This document shows positions 40,714 to 54,602 of a stretch of 64,000 nucleotides of DNA, one piece after another. Where the stretch lies: the NCBI GenBank assembly GCA_964035545.1, contig OZ037766.1, forward strand, positions 28,503,673 to 28,567,672, given 5' to 3'. Both the position numbers and the translations under genes were made by a program. This DNA is from Bugula neritina. Taxonomy: Eukaryota; Animalia; Bryozoa. The notes under the pieces were generated by a model, which saw only the letters and a program-made list of their open reading frames with translations, was not told the origin of the DNA and made no database searches. How positions within the stretch are numbered: position 1 is the stretch's first letter; every line of letters starts with the position of its first letter.

Positions 40714-43700
40714 ATGGCTGCTAAACGTTCAGCATCTCCTACAGCTGCTTTGATAGCAGAAAGATTTCACAAGGATTTTGAGTGTCTAATATGTACACTT
40801 GCAGATATAAGAAGATTCAGGCTGTTACCGTGCCAACACAAGTTGTGTACAGATTGTCTCCGTAAGTAATTTCTGTTTATAAGCAGTGAAATGCAAAGAT
40901 ATCTAATTGAATGTTTTACCAGAGAGTTAATGCAGAACATTGTGTGCTCTGCAGACGTGATTTTTTACAATTGGCTGATAACTTAACAAATTCCTGATGC
41001 ATTTTATTTATGCAGTAATAAAATTTTTATACCTATTTTCATTCATGGCCCTTATCTAAAAGCCGCTTGAGGGTTGTATGCTCAAACAGTTTAGTTTTAT
41101 AATAAATTTTGTGCTTGTGCTGATGAAATTTTTATTCAGCCTGCAATTCAGGGTATATTATAAGTATGGACCAATACTAACCTTTGTAAACAAACCAAGT
41201 GTCTGTTTTTAGAAAGCATTTTGCTCAGCCGTTCCAAGAAATGCCCATTTTGTAAGATTGCTCTTCACAAATCTCAGGCTACAGAATACCCAGTCTGCAG
41301 GCAAACTATTCAGCTATGGGACGACATACAGGGTCTTCAAAGTGACTTATCTCAACAAAAGAGTAAGCTTGAAAACAATGCATGATAAAGAACAAAATAC
41401 AAATTTCATTTATTGTTGTAATGCTACAGTAAAAGTTGTTTAAATAATGGTTTATGTATAATTATCCCTATTAAATCCTAATTCTCACCTATTCTCACCT
41501 ATCTCCACTTTGTCCTGTTCGGGTAGCGGCCTTTAAATCTTAATAGTATTTATATTATAGCCTATATGCTATAATTGCTGCCTATATAAATGTTGATCTC
41601 TCAGAATTTACCTGTTTTTTACCTGCTTACAGCTAAATTGAATTTTATATTACTTTATAATTGCTATGTAGTAGATAATTAAAAATGATGCATAAACAAG
41701 TAGGCTTCATTTTATATAAAACATTTTTAAAATTTTCATACAGCTATAAGGGACAATTTTTCGGCCAAAATTTCCATATCTAAACATATTTTATGTCACT
41801 TATTATGTTATTTGTAGAAAGAAAAGATGATAATTGCAGTACTCTAGGATGTGATAGAAAAATTGATATGCATTGCACTAAATGCTCACTATACATGTGT
41901 TTTCAGTAAGTAGATTTTATGTAATAGTTACTATATTAAACGTGATAAAATAATTTTGACGTGCATTCTACTACCTGCCTGCATATAACAATTTTAGTTG
42001 ATACGCTGTATTTTGGCTAATTTTAATTTCATTTATTTGTTGCATATTAAGTCTTTCCACTAATCTTAAGTCAACCCAATAGAGTTATTATAATTGCAAA
42101 AAGTTGATAATTGAAAAAATCATCGCAATTTAAAACACCATTTATACAAATATACCTGATCTAAAAGCCATACTTGTAGGTCTAGCTATTGTGATACTAA
42201 AATCACCCAATATTGTTCAGGTTGAAAATCCTATGCAGTTATAGCAGACTGTGTTTGACTAGATTATTTGAAATAAAAATTTGATAGTTATTGTGTAACT
42301 AGCTTTTGTATCATATAAGCATTTAAATCATAAAATTATAATTCTAAATTCTAATTCAAGATGCTCAAAGAGTAAGTGCAATGAAAGTGAGAGCAGCGTG
42401 CATGATCTAAATGAATATGATGAAGAAAAAGAACTTCTAGCAAAAGTTAAAAGTGAAAGTTGGAAAGAAGCTCAGCATGACAGAATTGAGAAGATTAAAA
42501 AAGAGGTGAGTTGAATAAGATTGTTTAAATAATTCTTTCATTTTCAAAAATTTCTTCTAATTTCACAAAAAAGTTTGTTTTCAAAAAAGCAACTTTAATA
42601 AAAAAAGATTCGTTGAGTGAGCCATATATTATGCGAGCAACTTTTTATAGGTGATCAGTAAGTTAATGACAAATGTTTCAAAAGCTAATATAAGGCTATA
42701 AATGAGCCCTTTTAAAAAGCAACTTTTGTAATAAGTGTTTTCATAAAGTAAAATGTATTGCAGAAAATCAGTTCTGGTAGCCATGGCAACTGGCTAACAA
42801 ATTTTCTACTGACATTTTTAAGCGATCTAGACTGATGAATCAAATAAAACGGGAGCTGGCTGTTGTCACCGACGACAATTTTTCTGAGACCATGGAACAT
42901 GTAAAGAAGATGGAGGTCAAGATTGAGCTCTTGAAAGACATAGAGAGCCGAGCAACAGAAGAGCTGGAAAACCGAACAATGGAAGAGGATGAAATAGATG
43001 TGGATGGTATCTCTGAGCTTGTGGAAAAATTTTCAATGTGTGAGTTTAGCTGTAGAATATTTTCAATATACATCTAATTTGAAACAATCCTTACTATTAC
43101 CTAACCTCTGTTCTTTGTACCAGTTTTCTTGGCTATGTCGTTATCCCGGTCTTCTTATCTTTGCAGCCCTTCTTTTCTTGATTTCTTGTAGTTAAAGAGA
43201 AGACCTATGAAATTTTCAGCCATAAGCATATTGAAAGCAAGAAAGTAGTTTACAGCGTAGCTAGATCTCCAAATGATGGAATAATAACTGGTGATGTGAC
43301 AGGATTCACAATATACACTTCAAATGGAAAGCAAGTTAAGTCTATCCCAACAGTTACAGACAAACCAACTTGTGTAATATGTGTGAGATCTTACAACCAG
43401 CAGATCTATGTGTTGTGTGAAGAGCTAGTATTTGGTAAACTCAGAATTATGGTTGTGCTCAACAGATTATGTGGAGAGATTTATAATTTTCCAGTATGTA
43501 GATATCACCAAGTATCGCAATTTGCCATCTGCAACGACAAGTTTCATGTGGCGGATCCTCAGAAAAATCGCTTGATTGTTCACTCCACCAATCAGCGTGA
43601 GAGTGCTGAGAAAATCTTATCTGAAATCACGAATGACTCATTTCACACCCCAGCTTTTCTTAGCCTGTGTCCTCCAGGTAGCCTCATTATCAGTGATCCA

Positions 43701-44565
43701 GGTGCACACAAAGTGTATAAACTAGACTGTAGGACAGATGAATTCACTTGGGTCTCAACAGCAGTTTCAGAACCAGGGTCTGTCTGCTGTGACCAGCTAT
43801 TTCATGTGCTGGTGTGGTGTGCTGTGAAGCGACAAATTGCAGTTCTTTCCACAGACAATGGTAAGTTGTGACCGCTTTACATGTATTTAATATATCCAAT
43901 ACATAAAATGGTAAAAGTATTCTACAAATGTAAAGTAGTTGCATTTTAATTTTTCTTTATTGCATGCATGCAGAGTGTATTTCATTCAGATTACCAAAGT
44001 CAGTACTAAATCATAAGTTTTCTCCTGATACACGAGATGCAGTCTCAACATCCTAAGCTTGTAGCTTTTAGCTTGTAAACCTAACACTTTTTCGAAATAT
44101 TATATTCTTTTTCGAAATATTTTACTGGGCTTGGTATTTTCATCCATCCTAAACCATTAACAGCTTTAATTGACATATAAATTGTAATACTGTATCTAAT
44201 TCATCTTAATTATAGTAGCACATGAAAAATAAATAATTTAGGAAAAACTTTGCTGTTACTGATAACTCATGGTTTGAAATGCCATGCACAATATCTTTTA
44301 GGCAAAAAACACACAATTCACTAAAAATAGTTTATCAAGCATTATATAGAACAGCTTTAGGTTCACCATTAAAGTTTGAGAAAATGTATAGTTTGCATAA
44401 AGCTTGTGATGGTTGCATTTGTTTTTAGGGGAGTTGAGAAAATGGATTTCACTGGATGCGTTTGGATTCCCAGATCAGGGGCACATCATTGACATGTGTC
44501 TAGAAGAAAACTCGCTTTGGGCTGCAGCACTAGGAGATGGTCTCTACAAATTTGATTTTGCTTAA
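40714..44565 (+). CDS. TRIM-like protein A: RING, B-box-like, coiled coil, NHL-like beta-propeller. Exons 40714-40861, 41213-41362, 41818-41905, 42361-42505, 42781(or 42823)-43039, 43192-43860, 44429-44565
   Basis: C3HC4 RING (CLIC..LLPCQHKLCTDCL..CPFC); CSTLGC..HCTKC..MCFQC..H; acidic coiled coil; propeller repeats (FHVADPQKNRLIV, LIISDPGAHKVY, EPGSVCCD). GT-AG phases are compatible; the exon-5 acceptor is ambiguous. Confidence 0.85.
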
Positions 44566-46265
44566 ATGTACTTTACTGTATTGAGAAATTATTCAAAAGA
44601 TTCTATCAGCTATTTTATATGCAGAGTTTTTCTTTACTTTTGTTGATATATATTGCACTGAACATTGGTGAAAGCTACATGAAACTGCCATATACCTATT
44701 ATATGTGTTATTGCTAAAATTGATGATCAAAATCTTTTTATTCAATCAATTGCTTATATGAATAAACTTATATCTGACAATCTAAAGCATGTCTTCTTAT
44801 TAAAAAGATAATTGCTAAATTTTTAAGCACAAGTTATTCAATTTATTAATGACTGAAATTTAATGTTGCACAATATTCAAGTGTTAACATGGTAACAGGA
44901 ATACAGAAAAAAACTAAATGTATTTTAGTGTTAATTTAATCATTTTTTCACTGCGAAATTGTAGTTTAATGAGACAGAACTTTCTTAGGTGTTATATACT
45001 AGTAGCACTTTAGTTTGCTGAAGAAAATTTTTATCTTACTTTTATACATACCAACTGCATATAGAAGTTCAAAAAAGTTTTTACCACTAATAAATTCTCA
45101 TATTCAATACCCAGAGAGTTAAGTTAGTAGAAGCATAGATACATATTACATTATTAGAACAATATACATGAGTTCTATTGTTCCAATATTATTAATGGTG
45201 CTATATTGAAGCAAAATTTCAAACAAAAAGTTTTATTTTATTTAATGCAGAAGTGCTTTGTTGCAAAAAGCTTTCAAATAGCTGGAGAGTTTAAAAGGCT
45301 TCTTCCAGAATTAACCAGAAGCCATCAGTAAAGCTCTTGCACTTTAATTACTAAAGTAGGTTTATACCGATGATGTACAATTCTTTTTTTACAAAGCTGT
45401 TTAAACTACGTCTTGCCCTCCTTTTACATTTTTATTACAGCACAAAACCATGTTTTAGAACCTTTATCATGCATGTGAATGACTAGCCATTTATTAATGA
45501 TTATAAAAAATGGGAAGGTTAATTTTAAACTAAAGATGTGTTCTCAATTGTTGGAGAGCTTAAACTCCCTGCTACTCAAATTGTAATGCAACAGTTATAT
45601 GACTGAGCAGTGATCGCTAGAGCACCTCAATAGTTTGTGTAAAGGAAAGTAATTATTTTTCTGCAACATTGTCCTATAGAAGCATACAACGAGACTATAA
45701 TAATAATCATATAATCAAGACCTCATAAGCACTGAAACCTAATTATTATTATCAGCTTATGATATTCAATATACTTGTTTTGTTACTATTTCTACTGCAG
45801 TGACAGTAAAAGTGAAAAATAAAGTGACAGGTAAAAGCCATATATATAATTAATTGAATGCCAGAAATAGTTTGAGCATTGTTTTTATTCTACAATATTA
45901 TATAAAAATATGAAGTAAGCATAATTATCACATTACTAATAGTGCAACAACTTCATATTATTATCAAGCATAGAATAAAAAAATATAGCATATCAAAAAC
46001 CAGACATTAGTTAGCATAAAAAAATATTAAAAAGCTAAAAGAAAGTCTACTCTGTTATAAATATACGATTATAAATGGAAGCAGCGAATAAATTTGTAAG
46101 CTTGAAAAACTTTTATGCAAGGGTTAATCTGCTATAATTGATAACATAAGATATACAATATTCCATAGTGCCAGAAGTTGTACTGGAATATTTGTAGATT
46201 GTTCATAACGAATAAATGCATTTGCATTTATTTTAGACGAGCTCTGTAAGAGTTTTATATCGCAG

Positions 46266-49200
46266 TCACAAGATATTGTAAATTTTTAAAGATTTGCCAC
46301 GAACTGTCACCAGCTTATCTCCACATACTGAGGCAGAGTATACATCTCCAATATTACCAAGATGTGTCTTCACACATTCACCTGAAAGAAAACAGTAAAC
46401 TCTTCAATTATATTTCAGTGAGATGCAACATATAAATAAAAACGGCACTAATTGTTACCAGCATTATATGCTTAAGACCTGCCAGTGCACAAACTGCAAC
46501 AGACTTCTGTAAACACAATACAACACTTGCATATTACTAAAAACATCATGACAACAGAGATTTATACAGTTAGTAATATGTATATTAACCAAACACCATA
46601 GTCGATTATAGTGACATTATATTACAAATTAGGACAAAAGCTCTAAACCAGTCGTTTCTCCTTAGTAGATTACTCTGTCTACAGCCTCCCTGAATCACTC
46701 AGTATAACACAGTACAGTACTCACCTGTATCCCAGTCCAACTCTGAAATTTCTCCATCTTTTCCTATAACCAATATTTTGCTGTCTCTGTAACAAACAAC
46801 TGATCGTGGCTCTTTAATAACTTCAGAAGTCCAAACCACTTGCCCACTGCTGATGTTGATCAGGGAGACGGTACTTTTAACTGAGATGGCAACACAATTT
46901 GCGCTCACAGGACATACGCCATATGTATCACCATCAAAGTTGAAGGAAATCTCTCTAATAATCTCACCATGCAATGTGTACACTGACACTGTTTCTTTGC
47001 TGCAATTTCTCACAACTATTCTGTCTCCAGCTGCAGTAAGTAAGTTGTTATTGCCACTAGAATCATGATGATCCCACTGACGTAGTAACTTACCGTTTAG
47101 GTCACTGACAAATATCGTCCATGGGTTTCCATAGTTCAACAAGTAAATTTCATTATTGTAAGCAGTCATTCCATTTACAGCGCCAGCACTAAAAGACTTT
47201 TTAATAATTTTTGCTTTCAAATTATTCATATCTAATGAGTCTATATCACTGCTTCGTGAGATAAGATACGCTGTATCATTCATGATATGCAAGCGATTAA
47301 TAGCTGTTGGTAACTGCACTTCCTTTGCAAAGTGAATACTGATAGGATCATATTTGATTTCAACCTCCACTGTCCGATATTCTCCTATAAACACAAACAA
47401 AAGACATATAGAACTAAACAAAGAATATAGAAGTAACTGGGGTTATCTCCTTCTTCACATTTAAACAATATCTACAGTCAGTAAGCATCATATAAAATAG
47501 TAAACAAAACTAATTTGTGACTTCTATCACAGAAAGCTATACTAGATACTAGGTGTTACATAATCTATGAAAGTGGTGGAATTTTAGATCCTAAAACCTG
47601 TTCTGCTTTAGAATAATTGTAGAGAAAGTTACTGGAATCTTCTAGTTTCTTGTAAAATTTCAAATTACAGTAAAGAACAAAAACTTATGACTTTGTTGAA
47701 GCTTTATTTCGTAGAGATTTAGGATTATAGGACAGATAACTTCTAATGCAGGGCTGAGCTAGTAATACTATCAGATAGCATTACTCATACCCTTCACTTT
47801 GAGTCTAGGCAAGTGTTTAGTTGGTAACTTTGGCATTCCTTCCATAGTCAGCTGCTTCAACTCTGTTTCTAATTCCTCAAATCTGTTAACAACATCTACC
47901 TGCAAGACGTATGCAATTAGTTTGAATCAGACTTCTCAGACTATCAGAAAGTTGACTTTCAGTATTTTATTAGCGAAACTGTTTTCAGATAACAAACTAT
48001 GATCTGTTCACCAGGTGCCAGTAGGGTTTCTGGTATATGATGACATTTCTATGAAAAACTAAACAAGTATTTTAAATTTAACAAAAATTTTCTTTATATA
48101 AAAATTACAATTTGCCAATTTAAGACTTTTGGTGTTTGAGGAAAATTCTGTCTGTGACAAACTAAATAGATATTTTATATTCATTAAAAAAAGTCTGTTT
48201 ACTACACTGTAACTATAAACAAATATAAACAACCTGTATACCTCATGGCTGTCCTTTACACTAACATCCAATCTCTGAATTTCCACACTCAAACTGTCTA
48301 ATCTCTTAGCAACTTCCTCATCCATAAAATTAACTACTTCCTGTCTAAAGTTCTGTCTGTGTGTCATCAGTTCTGTTTCTATTTCATCATACTTGGCTTT
48401 GATGGCCGCAATCTATAAACAGTTACACGCCTCCAATTGATCATACTTTTATTGATTTAGTAGCAAGTTTCAAAGTGCCATTGAATATTATTAAAAAATT
48501 AATAATTAAACTATTCATAAAAAATTAGATATAAAGCAATTTTTTCTAAACACATATATCTACAATATCTTACAATATAATGATATATGGCGACTCTTGA
48601 AATATATTATTGCAAAAGCTATTTTAAAAAGCTACTCTGATGTGTGCGTGTGAGCGTGTAGGTGGCGTGTAGGTGGTGTGTGTGTGCACGCGCATTGTGT
48701 AATATATAGGAAATATTATATCTGTTAGGCTCTAACCTGCTCATCTCTTGTTTTATGTAAAAGTTCTTTCTGTTCCCCAGTCTCCTTGTCGATCTCTGCT
48801 AAGGTCACATGACTCTGCTTTAAAAGAGTAGACAACTCTCCTTCTTTCTTCTGAGCTTCAGTTTTCAACTCACTAAACTTCACTCTAAGTCTCTTTACTA
48901 GAGCTGTGAGAGACACGGCATGGTGTCGGGAACCTGGAGGCAGAAATGTTAAACGATGAAATAAAAATATTTGACACTGAACAGAGATAGTTTAATAAAT
49001 TTACTTTATCTAACACAATTCACAATGATGTTTAAAATGTTCCTGTCACCACTTGGTAATTTAATATTATTTAGTGAATAAAAGCTGGCCTTATTTTATT
49101 CACATCGCAAAACTATGCGCTTTATTTGATTACTAAAATTTATAAACCCTTGTTTTGAGGATCATAACACCTATATATATATATAGTTCAAATTTATGAT

Positions 49201-50843
49201 TGTGAAAGTAAAGCATATCAAACTAGTAAAGCTGATTGGTTCCTTCTTTTGTGAAGATCCATAAAACTCAGCAACAATTTAGTTGAATATTTAAACCCCA
49301 AGTAACTTAAAGACATTATTTGTAAATTTTCCAAAACAATAGTTATAATAGTTCCAATAGTTTTAGCAAAGTAGTAACTTTAAAGCAGCACTAAAATATA
49401 GGAGTATTTTCTTTGCGGCTATAAAAATATTTTGTTACAGTTTATAATACAGAGTTATAGTAATAACTGTAATGATATAAATGTCACTACAGAGTGTCAC
49501 ACTCCCCTACCTTTAGGGCAACCATCTTTGCCATCCATACACTGAACACACAACATACTGTGACACAATTCACAAGCCAATGAGATCACAACACTTGTGT
49601 GTGCCTTGCAGTAACGTGGTTCAAGTTTATTCTTTTCTTTGAGATACTCATCTATGTGTATGACATGATGATCAGGGAAGATATCTCCATGACCCTGGTA
49701 ATATTATACTACAGCATTAACTCATAGGACACCCTAAGTTAATGTTTTCTACAAAAATACTTCAAAAACTTTGAAATAATATTATTTATTCAACAAACTG
49801 AAATCGACACTAATAACCAAAATTATATTTTAGTACTGGGATTCAAGAAACAGAGAAAATAATTTGCTCAGCACATTAAATTTTAAAAGTCAAGCAGTGT
49901 TGTATAACCAGATTTGAATGTCTGTATAATATATCTATTTATTATTTTAATATACTGGATTTATATAATAGTTTTTCTCATGCTTTAAAGCTAAAGTCAT
50001 TCTTGCAATGTAAAAGCAAGTTCTTATATAATTTAAGATACAAAAGTCGACTGTTGTCATGGGTGTTCCTTACATAATAATGCTGAACTTTAAACAAAGC
50101 AATGTTTCACTTTTAAGCTTTCTATGAAATTTAAGAATAAAGACAATTAAAAAGGAAACAAACCTCTTGGTGTTTAACACAGAATCTTCTACTACATTGC
50201 CGGCAGTAAACTGTAGCCTTTTCTGTAATATCCTTTTGTTTACAAGAGTCACATGCTATGTTAGCAGTGTCTAAAGAGGGTAACTCTGAAATACTTGTAT
50301 CATATGTGGCTCTAAAATAACAGTGTTATTCAATACCTGATGTGATCCTAAATTCTCTGCAGTATGGGGCAGATTGAAATTTTGATTTGATGAGAAAAAT
50401 GTTTTGCTAAATAATTTTATTGTATTGAAAAATAATATGGAAATTCAAATTAAAAATATGAGTTGCTGAAACATCATACATTGTATTGGGTATTGTAGTA
50501 TTGAATTTTACCCAGTGGTGCCTCACTGGGATTCCAAACCGAAACATTAGGTTTGCAAGCAGGCCCGCTAACCATTGCACCCCGGAACCACTGGGTGAAA
50601 CTCAACACTACAGGTATCTACATCAAAAAATTAACTTGTTTTCACACTTTACTATAAAAAATAAAGTTATTAAATAGCAAACCTGCAGTTACCACACTTG
50701 AGAACTTTAGTTTTCTCCAGATATTTCTCAAGACAAGTTGAGCAGAAGACATGGGTACAAGGAAGTGACTTGAGATTAACTGTGTGTTCAAAACAGTAGC
50801 CACAAATCTTAAGCTCAGCGGATACAATCGAACCAGACGCCAT
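46266..50843 (-). CDS. TRIM-like protein B copy 1 (581 aa): RING, two B-boxes, coiled coil, NHL-like propeller. Exons 50843-50683, 50311-50164, 49694-49511, 48933-48737, 48412-48242, 47899-47791, 47384-46725, 46381-46266
   Basis: RING CGYC..LPCTHVFCSTC..CGNC; B-box CDSC..YCRQC..FCVKH..H..H; CKAH..CELC..LCVQC..H; coiled coil; large propeller exon. Exon lengths sum to 1746 nt with an open frame. Confidence 0.92.
50494..50612 (-). mobile_element. tRNA-like cassette flanked by 26-bp inverted repeats (intron 1 of TRIM-B1)
   Basis: tgtagtattgaattttacccagtggt ... accactgggtgaaactcaacactaca (3 mismatches) enclose a degenerate relative of the 10.8-kb tRNA-like sequence. Confidence 0.65.
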
Positions 50844-51455
50844 TGACTGAAATTTATTGAAACATTAAAATCTCAATGTAACCAAAAAATAGATAACATT
50901 TTTAGACAGTTTTCGTAGAGATTGACACTAAGGCACCAGATGTAGTCTGAGAGTTTCAGTGTAAAATTCATCATGGTCAACTTTAAGGTAGTCAATAACA
51001 ATTGAGATATTCATATATAGATTCAAAATCAAAATGAAAATCAGAATAAAATGAGTCACCGTAACTACCAGAATCAGTAACAGCAAAAGCAATTCAGTAA
51101 TAGTTAAAGGGAAACACTAATCGTAAGTATGATTTCAACAAAAAGAGTCAGAGTATGCATCTAATAAAATTAAATTTACTCTAAAATGAAATTAAAATTT
51201 TATTAAAATAACTCTATTCTGCCGTATTCTGACTAAAAACCCCTTGCTTATTTTGACCCCAATAAATATAACCACAGATATTATTAGTTTATATAATAGC
51301 TGAGCTATCCAACCTAAGCCAATTCACTGCAACTAATATGGCAGTGGTAGTCAAAAAAGATAAAACATATTATTATAATTCTTATTTATTTTAGTAGACG
51401 TAGTAGAACTAGAAGCAAAACTGCATTTTGACTTCAGCAAATGCACCTTTGACTA

Positions 51456-51466
51456 GGGAAATCCCC
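51456..51466. promoter_or_regulatory. NF-kB-type site upstream of TRIM-B1
   Basis: GGGAAATCCCC in a CpG-retaining patch ~600 bp upstream of the ATG; ISRE-like GAAAGAGAAA at 51697-51706. Confidence 0.45.
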
Positions 51467-51784
51467 ATCGGGTAGTTTCGTGTAACAGCGACTATCATTG
51501 AGAAATGTTGCAACAAGGGTTTTCTATGTCCTTCGTTGGTTTTCGGTTGACATTGGAGCCATAACTCCAAAGATCTCGTAACGTTTTTTCACCACTGAAA
51601 TGGAAGACATAATATTATTGAGTTCATTGAGCATAACATTGTGATAGTTTTGGTGGGCTGAAATTAATTAACTGAAGAAGATAACTTCTTGTAAGTGAAA
51701 GAGAAAACAGAGAGTGTCTTTCCCAGTTGCATAATTCTTTATTGGGTAGAGAGTATGTAATAGTAGTCTTTGTCCTATGTCTGT

Positions 51785-51788
<4 letters not shown>

Positions 51789-51822
<34 letters not shown>

Positions 51823-51902
51823 GTGTGTGCGTGTGTGTCTGTCCTCGTGTGCGTATATATATATGTGTGTGTGTGCGTGTGCGTGTGCGTGTGTGTGTGT
51901 TG
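51789..51902. repeat. Compound (GT)n microsatellite
   Basis: Seen directly; paralogous tract at ~60320-60401. Confidence 0.95.
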
Positions 51903-52741
51903 TGAACTATAATGGTTTATTAGATAAATTGATTTTAATTAGTATAAATTTTGAAAGTATTGTGACTTATTTGTATAGTCGCAACTTGTAACAACTTGTA
52001 GCATATAATGATGTGGATCATTTACTGGTTTGAGTGAATTATTGTTGAGCAAGGTCTCGCACAAAACAAGGTTTTGATACGGAGTCAGAAGAAGATGGTT
52101 TAATAAATCTCTCACAGAATTTATTAATTCTTCTAAATCGTAAAACTACAATCAATATAAAGCATAATGTGTTGAAACTCATATAATACAAAAATAGCAA
52201 TTGTTCAAATATTAGCTATAATACTTTAAATATCTATAGTATGCAATATACTAAATTGCAAAACTTCTATGAATGTATTATGATAACTCCACCATTTCTT
52301 TAATATATTGAGCTGGTTGTAGGTTGACATACATGTGCCAAAAGCAGGTTTTTGGCCTCTTGAATTTCTCTACATTGCATGCAGAGCATATTTTGTTTAG
52401 AGTCTAAACAAAGTAAATCTCATGTTTTCTCGTAATACAGTCTCAGCATCTTAAACTTGCTTTTTATTTATTTTATACTCCCAACAAGTTTAAATTGACT
52501 TTTAAATTGTAATATTGTATCCGATTCACTATAATATACCAGATAAAACTTTTAACAAAACTTGGATGACTACAAGTTAATGCTAGCAATTTTGGTTTCT
52601 AAATGGATATGCATCATGCATTTTAAACAAAAGAAAGCAAGTCACTAAAAGTAGTTTATCAAGCGTATAGCTTTAGTTACGCAATTGAAGTTGAGGAAGA
52701 TTTATAGTATATAAAAATTATGATGGTTTAATTTGCTTTAG

Positions 52742-52880
52742 GGGAGCTAAGAAAATGGACTTCACTGGATGCATTTGGATTCCCAGATCAGGGGCACATC
52801 ATTGACATGTGTCTCAAAGAAAACTCGCTATGGGCTGCAGCACTAAGACATGGTCTCTACAAATTTGATTTTGCTTTAAT
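52742..52880 (+). pseudogene. Orphan duplicate of the TRIM-A terminal exon
   Basis: tttag|GG GAG CTA AGA AAA TGG..FPDQGHIIDMC..LWAAAL..LYKFDFA; no upstream TRIM-A exons in this repeat unit. Confidence 0.8.
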
Positions 52881-54602
52881 GCATTTTATTTATTGAAAAT
52901 ATGTTCAAGGGATTCTATCAGCTATTTCATATGTAGAGTTTTTTCTTACTTATGTTAATATAATATATATTGCACTGAACACTAAGGTAAATACTGGATG
53001 AAACTGCTATATTATATGTGTTACTCATTTATTGCTATAAAATTGATGGTCAGAATATTTTTATTTGCTCATTTGCTATGAATAAACTTATATTTAACAG
53101 CCTAAAGCATGCCTTGCTATTAAATGTGATAAATACTGGAAATTAATGTTGCATTATATTCAAGCATTACCATAGTAACAGAAATACAGAAAAATTTTTT
53201 TATATTTTCTGGTGTCAATTCATCGCTTTTACATTGTGAAATTGTAGTTTAGTGAGCAAGACCTTTTTTCTGCCGGTAATATATACTAGTAGCACCCTGG
53301 TTTGCTAAAAGAACTTCATATTACAAAGTTATTTCAGCAATGCATAGTTTTATTTATACCAATAAGATGTAAAAGTTCAAAAGCAGTTTATATCTACAAA
53401 AAACTGATATTTAAAATCCAATGAGTTAAGTCAGTAAAAACATACACATATTACATCATTAAAACAGTACATGAGTTCCATTGCCTCAAATTACTCATGG
53501 TGCTATATTGAAGCAGAATTTCAAACGAAAGTTTTGCTTTATTTGAGGCAGAAGTGTTTTGTTGCAAAAAGCTTTCCAGTGACTTTTACCAAGAGTTTAA
53601 AAGAAAAGGCATTAACCCCTAGGACTGATTTAAATAATGTCAGTGACTTGCAAAACAGGGGCTGTTATATCTTTAATGGTGTACATAGTTTCTTTTTTCT
53701 TCTCAAATCTATTTCAATTACCTATTATCCTTTTACATTTTTTACACGATAAAAGCATTTTTTAACACTTTTATCGTGCATGTGAATGACTAGGCATTTA
53801 TTAATGATTATATTGGATGGGAAGGTTAATTTTAGACTAAAGATTTTTTCTCAATTGTTGAAGAATTTAAACTCACTGCTACTCAAGTTGTAATACAAGA
53901 GTTATATGACGGAGCAGTGATCACTAAAACACTTAAATAGTTGCATAAACTGACGTAAATGGTTTTCGAAACATTGTCCTAGCAGTGTACAACATGTCCT
54001 AGCAGCTTACAAGACTACAATAGTAATTATATAACCAGGACCTCATAAGCACTGAAACCTAATATTATCAGTTTATGATATTCATACACTTGTTTTGTTA
54101 CTATTTCCACTGCAGTGACAGTAAAAGTGAAAAATAAAGTGACAGGTAAAAGCAATATTCAATTAATTGAATGCCAGAAGAAGTCTGAGCAATGTTTTTA
54201 TTCTACAATATTATATAAAATTATATGAAGTCAACATAATTATTACATTACCAATAGTGCAACAGTTCAATGTTCCTATATTACCAAACATAAAATATTT
54301 AAATTAGTGAAACATGATATTAAAACCCAAACAACATTAGTTACCATAGAAATTATACTTTGAAAAGCTAACAGAAATTCAGCTGCTATTATAAATATAA
54401 GATTATAAATGGAGGCAGCTAATAAATTTGTAAGCTTGACAAAATGTTATTCCAGGTTTAGTCTGCTATAATTATTGATACCATAAGATGTAAAATAGTT
54501 CAGTGCTATAAGTTGTACTGGAAGAAATTTGTAGAATTTTCATAACAAATAAATGCATTTGCATTTATTCTAGACGAGCTCTATAAAAGTTTTACATCAC
54601 AT

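Noticed and set aside
51410-51610. Minus-strand ATG ORF (MSSISVVKNV...) as first TRIM-B exon
   Set aside because: No domain similarity; the frame shifts in copy 2; the RING exon has its own ATG.
53471-53752. 93-aa ORF partly repeated at 62042-62260
   Set aside because: Recurs only because of the segmental duplication; truncated in copy 3, absent in copy 1, no motifs.
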